Of a DNA stretch of 33,009 nucleotides, positions 14,575 through 24,568 are shown piece after piece (within the stretch, counting starts at the first letter, position 1; every line of letters starts with the position of its first letter). The stretch comes from a virus. Lineage: Duplodnaviria; Caudoviricetes. The notes beneath the pieces are model-generated. The model saw only the letters and a program-made list of their open reading frames with translations, was not told where the DNA came from and searched no databases. The stretch spans positions 1 through 33,009 of the IMG/VR virus record IMGVR_UViG_3300025390_000026; one strand, 5' to 3'. The translations under genes and the position numbers were made by a program.

Positions 14575-17226
14575 TTACATTCCTCCGAGTAAAAATGATG
14601 GTACATAGTCTGTTGGTGTTCCTGCACTCACTGATGCGAACACGCCGTTGCCGTATAGCACATTGCTGGTGCTACCTGTTAGATTGATTGTGGCGATATT
14701 GCCTATGCCTACCACGTTTGCGACATTCACTGAATAGGCATTACCTGCATATGCTGCATAGTTGGCATTAGCAACTGTGCCAGTGACATTCGCACCTGCA
14801 ACCGCATTAGCACTTGATGCGATACCTGCATATGCTGCATAGTTGGCATTGGCTACGACACCGCTTACATTGGCACCAGCAACCGCATTAGCACTTGATG
14901 CGATACCTGCATATGCTGCATAGTTGGCATTTGCCACGACACCGCTTACATTGGCACCAGCAACCGCATTAGCACTTGCTGCGATACCTGCATATGCTGC
15001 GTAGTTGGCATTGGCTACGACACCGGTGACATTCGCACCATTTACCGAATACGCAGTTCCAGCATAGATTGAGTAGTTGGCATTCGCTACGGTGCCAGTG
15101 ACATTGGCTCCTGCAACACTATTTGCTGTTGCTGCTGTTCCTGCGTAGATAGAATAGTTAGCGTTGGCAACGGTGCCTGTGACATTGGCTCCAGCAACTG
15201 CATTAGCACTCGCAGCAGTTCCAGCATAGATTGAGTAGTTCGCATTAGCAACGGTTCCTGATACATTCGCACCTGCTACTGAGTTAGCAACTGCAGCGAA
15301 CGAGACTTGACCAGTGACATTTGCACCTGCTACGCTATTGGCTGTAGATGCGACATTAGCAAAGAGGGCGTAGTTGGCATTAGCGACTTGACCTGATACA
15401 TTCGCTCCTGCTACTGCATTCGCTGTATTGGCGATGGTCGCATTACCTGCATATGCTGCATAGTTGGCATTTGCTACTATACCAGTGACATTAGCACCTG
15501 CTACGCTGTTGGCTGTAGATGCGATACCTGCATATGCTGCATAGTTGGCATTAGCCACATTGGATACATTAGAACCATTTACATTGCTCAGGTAACTACC
15601 ATCACCGATGAAGTAGTTGGACCTTACTGCATTGCCGAGATTGGCGCTGCCAGCCTTGATGTTACCGAATGTATTGACAGTAACAATGTTATTTGTGACT
15701 GATACATTGCTACCGAACTGAAACTCGCCATTCGCGTTCTTCCAGCCCATAAATGCTGAAACTGGAGTAGTTGTATAATAGTCTAATACGGTGCCGCGGT
15801 CAAAGCCATCGTTGCTTGTCAGCGGAGTATTGTTGGGACCACCACCGAGAGTGAGGATCGGAGCCTCTACATACACGATGTTAGAGTTGATATAGTCTAT
15901 GTTACCATTGATAGTGAGGTCGCCATTGATTGTGGCATTACCATTCACGGTCAGACCAGTCAGCGATCCAACACTTGTGATGTTAGGCTGTGCATTGATA
16001 TACACAGTGCCTGCGATGAGTGCGTTTGCTACTTGACCTGATACATTCGCACCTGCTACTGCATTCGCTGTATTGGCGATGGTCGCATTACCTGCATATG
16101 CTGCATAATTTGCATTAGCGACTATACCAGAGACATTAGCACCAGCGACACTATTGGCAACATTAGCAGTTCCAGCATAGGTCGCATAGTTGGCATTTGC
16201 TACGAAGCCAGAAGGAGGAGCGAAGACGCCGTTGCCATATAGGATAGTAGTCGTGCTACCTGTTAGATTGACGGTTGCGATGTTACCGATGCCTGCGACA
16301 TTGCTGACTGCTACTGAGTTTGCTACTGCAGCATAGTTGACCTGACCTGTTACATTCGCACCAGCCACTGAATAAGCAACATTGGCAGCATCTGCGATAT
16401 TGGAATGTGTCGCATTTGCTACATAGCCCGTCACATTCGCGCCAGTGATATTGCCAAGATTACGACCATCACCCACAAAGTAGTTGGCAGATACCGCATT
16501 TCCGAGATTTGCGTTATTTGCAGCCAGATTAGCACTAACTATGACTGAATCGCTGTTACTGCTCAAGTTTTGGCTACCTAGGAAAATAGTCGTTCCTGAG
16601 AGATATAAGTCTTTGAACCTATTGGTATTATTTCCGAGATTTGCACCAAGATTTGCATTTGGCACGATATCGCCACTTACTTGCAAACCAGTTAAAATGC
16701 CTACTGATGTGATATTTGGTTGAGAACCTACAGTTACATTACCTGCATAGTTGGCAAAGTTAGACACCAATGCATTATTCACGCTACCTGTGACATTAGG
16801 TCCTGCTACTAAGTTGGCTATGTTAGCGACATTAGCGTTACCTGCATAGAGCGAATAGTTGGCATTTGCGACTTGACCTACAACATTGCTACCTGATACA
16901 GAGAATGCATTACCTGCATAGTTGGCAAAGTTGGCGTTTGCTACGAATCCAGAAGGAGGAGCGAACACGCCGTTGCCATATAAGATATTGCTGGTGCTAC
17001 CTGTCAGATTGACGGTGGCGATATTACCGATACCAACGACATTGCTGACATTTACCGAGAAAGCAGTGCCGGAGAAGTTGGCGTAGTTGGCGTAGTTCGC
17101 ATAGTTGGCTACAGGAACATTACTTAATGTATAGGCTGATCTGCTGAGTTGGACCTGTACCTGAGGAGTAGGTTCTATGTTTATTTTTACTTCGTGGTCG
17201 CGTGATACGATTATCTGATTTGCCAT
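14575..17226 (-). CDS. Ala/Asn-rich repetitive tail fibre
   Basis: 883 aa with ~26-aa ANANYAAYAG...AVAGANVSG repeats and QPNITSVG fibre motifs. Confidence 0.8.
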   Translation of the reverse strand: MANQIIVSRDHEVKINIEPTPQVQVQLSRSAYTLSNVPVANYANYANYANFSGTAFSVNVSNVVGIGNIATVNLTGSTSNILYGNGVFAPPSGFVANANFANYAGNAFSVSGSNVVGQVANANYSLYAGNANVANIANLVAGPNVTGSVNNALVSNFANYAGNVTVGSQPNITSVGILTGLQVSGDIVPNANLGANLGNNTNRFKDLYLSGTTIFLGSQNLSSNSDSVIVSANLAANNANLGNAVSANYFVGDGRNLGNITGANVTGYVANATHSNIADAANVAYSVAGANVTGQVNYAAVANSVAVSNVAGIGNIATVNLTGSTTTILYGNGVFAPPSGFVANANYATYAGTANVANSVAGANVSGIVANANYAAYAGNATIANTANAVAGANVSGQVANALIAGTVYINAQPNITSVGSLTGLTVNGNATINGDLTINGNIDYINSNIVYVEAPILTLGGGPNNTPLTSNDGFDRGTVLDYYTTTPVSAFMGWKNANGEFQFGSNVSVTNNIVTVNTFGNIKAGSANLGNAVRSNYFIGDGSYLSNVNGSNVSNVANANYAAYAGIASTANSVAGANVTGIVANANYAAYAGNATIANTANAVAGANVSGQVANANYALFANVASTANSVAGANVTGQVSFAAVANSVAGANVSGTVANANYSIYAGTAASANAVAGANVTGTVANANYSIYAGTAATANSVAGANVTGTVANANYSIYAGTAYSVNGANVTGVVANANYAAYAGIAASANAVAGANVSGVVANANYAAYAGIASSANAVAGANVSGVVANANYAAYAGIASSANAVAGANVTGTVANANYAAYAGNAYSVNVANVVGIGNIATINLTGSTSNVLYGNGVFASVSAGTPTDYVPSFLLGGM
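14740..15560 (-). repeat. Tandem ~78-bp coding repeats within the fibre
   Basis: ACCGCATTAGCACTTG(A/C)TGCGATACCTGCATATGCTGC recurs at 78-bp period near 14801, 14882 and 14963 with more diverged units on either side. Confidence 0.8.
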
Positions 17227-17227
17227 T

Positions 17228-18007
17228 TTACAATCCTACGCCTGAACTGGTATTAACCACTCCGTCTGAGTTCACCAAGAACAGAAGGAATATTGCTTCA
17301 TCATATGCTGGCTGTGCCCCGTGAGCAGGGAAACTTATTTTAATACGACCTGTATAACAAGCAGGTTCTAACGCATTGATGTCAAGGTCAGGATCGCCTG
17401 CGATCAGGCCCCAAGTGCTCTCGTCAATAATAAGTGTGAAGGTTCCAGCAAGATCATCGCGATTAGTGATACTCATTGTGATAGGAGTCGGCGCTATTGT
17501 GTTAGCATCCATTGACCCTGTTTGTGTGCTTGGCACAAACACACTTCCACCTGATGTAGCACTGATAGTGAATGTTGTGCTTGACAGGACATTTAGCACA
17601 TAGTAAGTGGTATTGAGTTGCACTCCACCATATACAGCACCAGTAAAGCGAATAGGCTTACCTACATATAGAAGTGCAGTCGTATCACAAGTAAATGTAT
17701 TGTCGCTGGCTGATGTCGCAGTTACTGTGCAGACCTTAGGAACCAGAGGATAGTCATTGATCTGGAAGTTATATCCAGAACGACTGTCTGAGAAGTTTGT
17801 GATAGCACGACGCACGATCTGTGCGCTGATTGTAGCACCTGTGAGGTCTACAGGAACAGTATTAGCAGTCCAACCACCTGCATAACTGACAATCGTGCTC
17901 CAAGCCAGATTCCAATAATCGTTTTGGTTGTAGATGAGGTTCTGTGCTAATACCTGAGCACCGAATCCTGCCACTTGTGTTAAAGTGGCTTGTGAGAATG
18001 TGGCCAT
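17228..18007 (-). CDS. Virion/baseplate structural protein
   Basis: PVDLTGATISAQI motif typical of baseplate upper (BppU-like) N-termini; tail module position. Confidence 0.6.
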   Translation of the reverse strand: MATFSQATLTQVAGFGAQVLAQNLIYNQNDYWNLAWSTIVSYAGGWTANTVPVDLTGATISAQIVRRAITNFSDSRSGYNFQINDYPLVPKVCTVTATSASDNTFTCDTTALLYVGKPIRFTGAVYGGVQLNTTYYVLNVLSSTTFTISATSGGSVFVPSTQTGSMDANTIAPTPITMSITNRDDLAGTFTLIIDESTWGLIAGDPDLDINALEPACYTGRIKISFPAHGAQPAYDEAIFLLFLVNSDGVVNTSSGVGL

Positions 18008-18453
18008 TATACGGCTTCCTTTTCTTTTCTTTTATTTGCTTCTCGTATTTTAGAAGCCTGTCTAAGTTTTTCGCGATGTTCTGGACTAAATGGTGCTCTC
18101 TTTTTACCTAACTGAGCCATTCTCATTTTTTCGCGGGACTCTGCTGTGCGTGTTTTGCCTGTAGCAGAAAGGCGACGCTTCTCAATATCTTGAGATGGTT
18201 TCTTTTTGCCCAACTGAGCATCCCTTACATTTTGTGAATGTAGTTGGATGAATACATTGCCTAATGCATAAGGACCGATGTCACCAAATCGGCTCATCGC
18301 ATATTGTCCTCTACGACAACCACGAAGTTCCCATTTACCTGATTGTTCCCAGATTGCACACCACTCATCAAAGGTGAGAGTGAACTCAATGCCTCGTTTT
18401 TCGGCACTTTTTTTATGTGCATTATAACGCCGTCTGGCGATTTTCATATCCAT
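18007..18453 (-). CDS. HNH-like putative homing endonuclease with NUMOD3 repeats
   Basis: LTFDEW..IW..SG...MSRFGDIGPYALGNVFI.....N core plus TAESREKMRMAQLGKK and SPEHREKLRQA; paralogue of 32404-32829. Confidence 0.7.
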   Translation of the reverse strand: MDMKIARRRYNAHKKSAEKRGIEFTLTFDEWCAIWEQSGKWELRGCRRGQYAMSRFGDIGPYALGNVFIQLHSQNVRDAQLGKKKPSQDIEKRRLSATGKTRTAESREKMRMAQLGKKRAPFSPEHREKLRQASKIREANKRKEKEAV

Positions 18454-18517
18454 TATATCTTCCTCTGCATTCTCGCATTATAACGAACGACTACTGCCTC
18501 GCCATCGTTCGCGTGAT

Positions 18518-18557
18518 ATAATAAGTCATAACAACTCTTATGTCAAGTATATTTATA
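18518..18557 (-). promoter_or_regulatory. TATAAATA box followed by sigma70-type promoter
   Basis: TATAAATA 18557-18550; TTGACA 18546-18541, 17 bp, TATTAT 18523-18518. Confidence 0.65.
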
Positions 18558-18562
18558 CTTCC

Positions 18563-19600
18563 TTACGAAAGTAGTATCTGCCCGATATTCAGTGCATTCA
18601 CTGCAGCAGTATTCCAAGCACTGGATGTATTTGGATCTGTCTCATAGAGGTCAATGTAGTAGAGATAGTTACTTGAGATAGTATTGGTGTTGCCAAGAGT
18701 TACATTGGCGCCTGACTGCAGAGCACTGGCTACCAGTTTAATGGCAGTATTGTCTTTGGCCACGCAGATGCGTTGTTGGACGCAGTCAATGGTAGTGGTT
18801 GTTCCTGACAGGCTAGTGATACCATAGAGGTCCTGGAGGCTGGCTGTGTTGGCATACACATACTGCGTTGGATTACCAGCAACAGGAAGCGTATTCACCA
18901 GATTATAGTTGGTGAAGCCAGTGCTTGGAGTCCATTGCACCGAGACATCTGACGCTGGAACCAGCGATTGGACACGACGCTCGCCAAGATTGGTGCTTGA
19001 GTCGGTGAAATACATATCATCATAATACACATTGGTTTCTAACGTTCTGTCTGCAGCACCGAAACTACCAAAGCCCACACTTGCAGGAGTGCCTGATGAT
19101 GTATTCCCGCTGAAGGTAGCATCCAGAGTTCCATCTACATATAGATGCACGAAGCCAGTAGCAGATATATCCATAGATAGTTCTACATAGTGCCAGGCTC
19201 CTACACCTGCATTGATGGATCCAGTGCACACGATGTTGTTGTCTCCTGGATTGCCCTTATAGACATAGAAGTGATAGTTGGTATCTACGCCTATACCATA
19301 TAGGATGCCACCTGTGTTATTCACATAAGCGATGCTGCTGGCAGGAGTGCCACCATTCCATGTGTTTAGATTGACTGCGAAGCCTATGGTGAATGTGGTA
19401 GTGGGAGTGATGTTCCTCTGTATGTAACCAGTCAAGGTGTTGATGAAGCCGATGCAGGAGACGGCTTGGCCACCGAACCTTCCCGCTACCATGCTGACTT
19501 CTCCACCGTTACCATAGAGGCCCCAGATAGCTTTTAATCCATTGGTAGTATCATAGACATTGGGATAAACGTCAAAGCCTTCAATCCATTGTATAGTCAT
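18563..19600 (-). CDS. LamG/concanavalin A-like virion protein
   Basis: GRFGGQA, WHYVE, LYVDG, YYDDMY beta-sandwich motifs. Confidence 0.7.
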   Translation of the reverse strand: MTIQWIEGFDVYPNVYDTTNGLKAIWGLYGNGGEVSMVAGRFGGQAVSCIGFINTLTGYIQRNITPTTTFTIGFAVNLNTWNGGTPASSIAYVNNTGGILYGIGVDTNYHFYVYKGNPGDNNIVCTGSINAGVGAWHYVELSMDISATGFVHLYVDGTLDATFSGNTSSGTPASVGFGSFGAADRTLETNVYYDDMYFTDSSTNLGERRVQSLVPASDVSVQWTPSTGFTNYNLVNTLPVAGNPTQYVYANTASLQDLYGITSLSGTTTTIDCVQQRICVAKDNTAIKLVASALQSGANVTLGNTNTISSNYLYYIDLYETDPNTSSAWNTAAVNALNIGQILLS

Positions 19601-19613
19601 TCTCTGGTTTCCT

Positions 19614-22600
19614 TTAATAACTCGTTAGAACTTCAATCATATTTAATGCGGCGTGTGCGTTAGAGGCGTTGTTGGTCAATACTTCTAACATATTTACTGC
19701 TGTATCGGCATTGGTGACAGGCGGTGCAGGAGGCGGACGCTGTGCCGATGTCTTGTTCTTGGTGACGCTGAATGTGCAGTCTGCTATCGTGACCTTTGTA
19801 TTCGCCACCATATTACGCATCAGGAGACCTTGACCATACTCTTGCTCTGTTCCAAACAGGGAAGATTGCTGATAGATGATGAATGGTTCATTGGCTACCA
19901 GTTCATAGGTGCTGAGTTGCGTGGTATCTGCAAAGATTAGATCGGTATTGCTCTGGTATTTCTGGAAAGGAACTACCTGGACCTTAGTATTGGCATTAGC
20001 CACTACCTGCAGATAGGTTGCTTGGTTAGTGATCTCGTATGCATTGACCACGATATTGGCTTGGGGCCAACCATTGCTCTCTGCCACGGTGTACCAGTTA
20101 AAGTTACCATTCTGTATGCGTAGTTCAGCAGCACCTATGGGTATGAAGGGAGCGATGCTGGTAGCCACATAACCGATCGTGGTGCTTGATGTTCCTTGAT
20201 AGTAAGGATAGATGCGATTGGCTGTTACTGCAGTTCCCGTAATATAGACAGGTTGATTGATGGCTGTATTAGATACTGCTACAGGCAGATGCAGCGAGCC
20301 GCCGTATGTGACACCATAGTTCACGAAGCCGATCTGCTGACCAGCAGTAGTGGTGCTGTTTAGATTGGTATAGCCTACGCCGCCTTGCTCAAAGTTCACG
20401 CAGGCATTTACCAGAGCAACATCAGGTGCCTGATAGAGATATACCTGCGTGTTGGACACTACCGTAGAGATGAATGTGTTAGCAAGTATGTTACCAGTGC
20501 CACTTGCCATAGTGACTTGGATCTTGCTGCCTTGTGCTACTGATAACTTCAGGCTCTCGTAGTAGGTGCTGTCAAAGGGAGTGCTGAATGTGATGCTGTT
20601 GCCTGAACTGCTGGCACCACAATGCACATTGCTGGCATTCGTAGTTACTGCAGGACCCGTCCATTGTATGGGCGTCTCTGTGCTTGGACCTCGCACTGCC
20701 ACCAACTTGTTTCTGGCACTCACGCTCCAATACACATTGCCTGATGGCACATCAGTGCAGTTGATGGATAGGGTAGAACCATTGATGAGCGGCTGACCGT
20801 TGCTGTTGCTTACGGTGGTATAGAGTTTGTGATCGCTGCTGATATTGCTGTAACCATAGTTAAAATCCATGAACATAACTTGTCCAGGAGTGTCAGCACT
20901 ATAAGTAGGCACCGTTCCCAACACATGCATAGCAGCAACCGTGTTGGCAGTGGTCAATGTAGCAACAGGAGGATCAGGAGTTCCTAGAACGCTGGTCTGC
21001 GATAGACCTGTGTTTTGATCTGGCACATATTCTTGTATAGGATTGTTGGCATAGATGGTATCATTATACTCGGTGGCACTCACGCTGATACCTAAGGAAC
21101 CTGCACCATCCTTGATCTCCTGCACCTGCATGATGCGGAACAACTTACCGTAGTTGTAGTTCAGCGTATTCCAACCATATGGTGCGAAGGGAATAGCGAT
21201 GACATCACCTGCAGTGAGTTGGATGCCGCTATAATCCAGATTGAAGGTGATGCTGAGACCATCGCGGCTTGCTAACAATCTACGCTCACCGATGTAGGTA
21301 GCAGTCACATAGTTATTGGTGATGGGCAACTGAACCGTGAGCAAGTTCTTTGGTTCATTATAACTCATCACTTCAGGCAGCGATACTCTGAGGTCAATGT
21401 AACTATAGTCAGTCTGGTCCTTGATGTTGGCATCTGGATACTGCACTTCTAACAGATTGTATATCTGATCCAGCGACACAGGGTTAACCGTAATACCGCT
21501 CACAAGATTGTAGTCAGTTACCTGGAATGGAGCCTGCACTGCAGTTCCGCTACCCGTACCAGCATTCAGCACCGTGATGGTCTCGCCAGGCTGATATGAG
21601 ATAGTGCTGGTGCCAGCGATGTAGTTCCAGTCGGTGCTGCCCAGAGAGGAGATGGTGTATTCTTTGCCCACCACAAGATCGGTTGCAGCGATGGGATTTA
21701 CATCAAGATAACTGCGATTGACGACCACTTGCCATCTACCCGTGATCTCGTTGTATGAGACCCAGCTATCGCAGGAGTCAGCCATGAGTTGTAGATTGTG
21801 TAGGCAGTTCTGTCCAGTATCAATGGGACCATTGAACCTATATCGGGGCTGGACAGCAGTGCCGCCACCTGCTGGTGTATATGAGATGTCTTGATCGCTG
21901 TAGTCATTGAGTTGTGCGAAACTATAATAATCTATCTGCTCTGCAGGGATACCGCAGCCATATCTTGTATTATGAAAGTAGTCAGTGAAGACATCGCCTG
22001 GCTTGTTGCGTGAGTTCTGTAGTTGGACGGTGAGCGTTCCCAGATTGGTGGTGCCAGCATTTACATCATACACGATCTTGAGGATGACAAATGCGGTGTT
22101 CGTCATATTTGGTGACTGACCGCCCGTGTTATAGATAGGTCCGTCCCAACGCTCGCCTGCAGGAATAGCAGCATCACTTAAAATATCAATAGCACTACGA
22201 CCACCAGTATTGATACCTGAATAGCTCCCGTTAGGGAACAGATACATATAAAGTTTGTCCTTCATCTTGGTATCTACCTGATTAGGGACTGAGTTAGTAG
22301 TGAGGCTGATGACATTGTTATTGCCGCCACCTGCACCTGCACCGAATGTTACTAACTTGTTATCATAGTAGATGTTACCAAATGTGAATGTATCTGGCGT
22401 ATCCAATACTGAGTTAGTGTTTGTGACTTCGCTGAGGGCGCACACATACCACATAGTTGTCTGATCGCTGCTTATCTTGGCATCAGTGATAGTAGGACTG
22501 ACGAACGCACTACCATATACTACTGGCAAGACGTTGTTTGTCTGGGGAGGCAACTGAGTTCTGGCACCTGAGTCTCCTTGTCCAGTGCCAGCGGCATTCT

Positions 22601-22739
22601 TGGTGAGCAGTCGGCTGATACCAGTCAGCAAGAAGGCTTCTGTAGCGAATGCTGCTACATATCCCAGCGTAGTAGCCACTGCACCTGCGCCGATGACGGC
22701 TTCAGCGATGCCAACGAAGATAGGAACTAAGAAACCCAT
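19614..22739 (-). CDS. Tail tip / central fibre protein (lambda J-like)
   Basis: 1041 aa; hydrophobic N-terminus, LPVVYGS, RYGCGI, RYRFNG, GDVIAI motifs; follows TMP, Dit and hub genes. Confidence 0.8.
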   Translation of the reverse strand: MGFLVPIFVGIAEAVIGAGAVATTLGYVAAFATEAFLLTGISRLLTKNAAGTGQGDSGARTQLPPQTNNVLPVVYGSAFVSPTITDAKISSDQTTMWYVCALSEVTNTNSVLDTPDTFTFGNIYYDNKLVTFGAGAGGGNNNVISLTTNSVPNQVDTKMKDKLYMYLFPNGSYSGINTGGRSAIDILSDAAIPAGERWDGPIYNTGGQSPNMTNTAFVILKIVYDVNAGTTNLGTLTVQLQNSRNKPGDVFTDYFHNTRYGCGIPAEQIDYYSFAQLNDYSDQDISYTPAGGGTAVQPRYRFNGPIDTGQNCLHNLQLMADSCDSWVSYNEITGRWQVVVNRSYLDVNPIAATDLVVGKEYTISSLGSTDWNYIAGTSTISYQPGETITVLNAGTGSGTAVQAPFQVTDYNLVSGITVNPVSLDQIYNLLEVQYPDANIKDQTDYSYIDLRVSLPEVMSYNEPKNLLTVQLPITNNYVTATYIGERRLLASRDGLSITFNLDYSGIQLTAGDVIAIPFAPYGWNTLNYNYGKLFRIMQVQEIKDGAGSLGISVSATEYNDTIYANNPIQEYVPDQNTGLSQTSVLGTPDPPVATLTTANTVAAMHVLGTVPTYSADTPGQVMFMDFNYGYSNISSDHKLYTTVSNSNGQPLINGSTLSINCTDVPSGNVYWSVSARNKLVAVRGPSTETPIQWTGPAVTTNASNVHCGASSSGNSITFSTPFDSTYYESLKLSVAQGSKIQVTMASGTGNILANTFISTVVSNTQVYLYQAPDVALVNACVNFEQGGVGYTNLNSTTTAGQQIGFVNYGVTYGGSLHLPVAVSNTAINQPVYITGTAVTANRIYPYYQGTSSTTIGYVATSIAPFIPIGAAELRIQNGNFNWYTVAESNGWPQANIVVNAYEITNQATYLQVVANANTKVQVVPFQKYQSNTDLIFADTTQLSTYELVANEPFIIYQQSSLFGTEQEYGQGLLMRNMVANTKVTIADCTFSVTKNKTSAQRPPPAPPVTNADTAVNMLEVLTNNASNAHAALNMIEVLTSY

Positions 22740-22740
22740 G

Positions 22741-23196
22741 CTATACCTCTAATGTCCATATTTTTTCAGTCATTCTAAAACCGTATCTGCCAAAGTCCAT
22801 ATCAAACAGGGGCTCGCTGGCTACCATACTATGCGTAAGGATCCTCTTCTCTTCTATCAGCGTATCGGCACACTCATTGTATTCTGTGAATAGGGAATGT
22901 GCTACTCTGGTGTGCCTATATTCAGGTTCTACATAGAAGAGGACCTGATTGAGGAAGTATGCTGTAGTTACCCAGAAGTTAGGGCAGATCACGCCCATTA
23001 TGATACCTGCATAGTCACCATCGCGTTCTGCGATGATGGTCACGCCGCCACCCACTATGGTCTGATGGAATATCTTGCTGAGATGCTCTTCATCCAACTC
23101 CATATCATGCACACATGCAGTATGATCCATGGTATGGACCTTGTGTATCTTGCTTATGAAGTAAGGCAGGTCAAATCTATTTGCTGGTCTGATCAT
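22741..23196 (-). CDS. GNAT-family acetyltransferase-like protein (likely start ATG 23196)
   Basis: MIRPA...D start, FYVEPEYRHTRVAHSL motif A, RYGF..TE end. Confidence 0.75.
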   Translation of the reverse strand: MIRPANRFDLPYFISKIHKVHTMDHTACVHDMELDEEHLSKIFHQTIVGGGVTIIAERDGDYAGIIMGVICPNFWVTTAYFLNQVLFYVEPEYRHTRVAHSLFTEYNECADTLIEEKRILTHSMVASEPLFDMDFGRYGFRMTEKIWTLEV

Positions 23197-23200
23197 TTGC

Positions 23201-23869
23201 TTACCACGCTGGAGGACGATCTGGTGTGACCTGATGCCAGTTAGCAGGCACGCCACCATATACACCAGGTGAAGCAGTGGCAGTGACCTTCATACCGAAG
23301 TCAAAGTATTGACCTGCGATAGAAGCCAGATTGTTCATACTGCTGTCCAGCGGATTTACTCTGGTCCAACTATTGAGATTTGTCTTGCGACCGCTCACTC
23401 TGTTGGACAGCACGCCCTTAAAGTTAGTAGCGTTCAGCGTCACGGTGAAGTTGTCGGTGATATCTTTGCGATCTTCTGTGATGTTATAGCTTGTTACGAT
23501 CCCAGTAAAGCGATTGGCAAACGATGTGAGATTATAGTTTTCGTTATAAAAGCCGCGTATGATCTGTAAACCAGCACCTTGGATCTTGAGTCCCAAGACG
23601 ATGAAGATGTTATCACCACTGAGGCCTGATAGGCTTATGCTTGTCTGTGCACCTGTTGCTTGCAGGTCTCTTTGCTGAGCACTGATCTGCAGCATACCAC
23701 CCAGAGGACCATATTCCAGACCATCTATCACCTGAAAGTTATAGGCTGAACTGAATGTATATACTGAAGTATCTGCAGGATTGTTCACACTATTGTAGAT
23801 AGTGAGTTTAACGAAGTCGGCTGTGATTAGTTTGGGCGGATCGCCTGCTACTGCTGGAATAATATCCAT
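23201..23869 (-). CDS. Minor tail / baseplate hub protein
   Basis: Position after the Dit-like gene; SISLSGL, RFTGIV, SGRKTN pattern. Confidence 0.6.
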   Translation of the reverse strand: MDIIPAVAGDPPKLITADFVKLTIYNSVNNPADTSVYTFSSAYNFQVIDGLEYGPLGGMLQISAQQRDLQATGAQTSISLSGLSGDNIFIVLGLKIQGAGLQIIRGFYNENYNLTSFANRFTGIVTSYNITEDRKDITDNFTVTLNATNFKGVLSNRVSGRKTNLNSWTRVNPLDSSMNNLASIAGQYFDFGMKVTATASPGVYGGVPANWHQVTPDRPPAW

Positions 23870-24558
23870 TATGCGTCTCCAACATACTCATAAAGCTCAA
23901 ATCCGCTACTCCAGTTTAATATAGCGTTGTTGAGCAGCACACCATTCTGTGTGATCTGGCCACCTACCACCAACTTATACTTGGGCATATTTGGACAGAA
24001 CACCTTGAAGTGACAGCCATTACCCGCGATGATATTGTTGCCCACTACACTGGTAAGTATGATATTGGGGCGGCTGGTAGTTATAGTTACCGTCGTGCCT
24101 GATCCGCGAAGCACATCAGTTGTGCTGGTGAACGGGAACGGATAAGGAACAATCTGTATCAGGTCGTTCTTGGCAAACAATACGCTGTCTGATGCCATTG
24201 TTGGTAGATTGCCTAATATCAACTGATTGCCTATATAACTTACAACAGTGACGCTGGTGACCTGTGAAGGAGACATCGCTCCTTGATATGCGAAGATCCA
24301 GGATAGTTTAGGATTGTTTCCAAATGTGACAACTTGGGGTTGCCAAGCATCCAGCGTATCTACCTCTTCCATAAGTGCCCGTGCTTGGCTGTATCGGAAG
24401 CTGTTGGGCAGTTCTACAGTGATCTTCCACGGATTCAGCGTGGGTGTCAGCGTGGTCCTTGGAACCTCGTTCCTCGTGTATTGTATGCCTACTACCTTAC
24501 GACGATCTATTAGCATCGTGTTGCTGTAGTCTATGACTGTTTGTAAGCCTGTGCTCAT
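23869..24558 (-). CDS. Distal tail (Dit-like) protein
   Basis: Directly downstream of the tape measure gene; beta-rich. Confidence 0.55.
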   Translation of the reverse strand: MSTGLQTVIDYSNTMLIDRRKVVGIQYTRNEVPRTTLTPTLNPWKITVELPNSFRYSQARALMEEVDTLDAWQPQVVTFGNNPKLSWIFAYQGAMSPSQVTSVTVVSYIGNQLILGNLPTMASDSVLFAKNDLIQIVPYPFPFTSTTDVLRGSGTTVTITTSRPNIILTSVVGNNIIAGNGCHFKVFCPNMPKYKLVVGGQITQNGVLLNNAILNWSSGFELYEYVGDA

Positions 24559-24568
24559 TTATTCCTCA

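Noticed and set aside
14740-15560. CRISPR array
   Set aside because: Repeats are in-frame coding units with synonymous variation and no unique spacers; no cas genes
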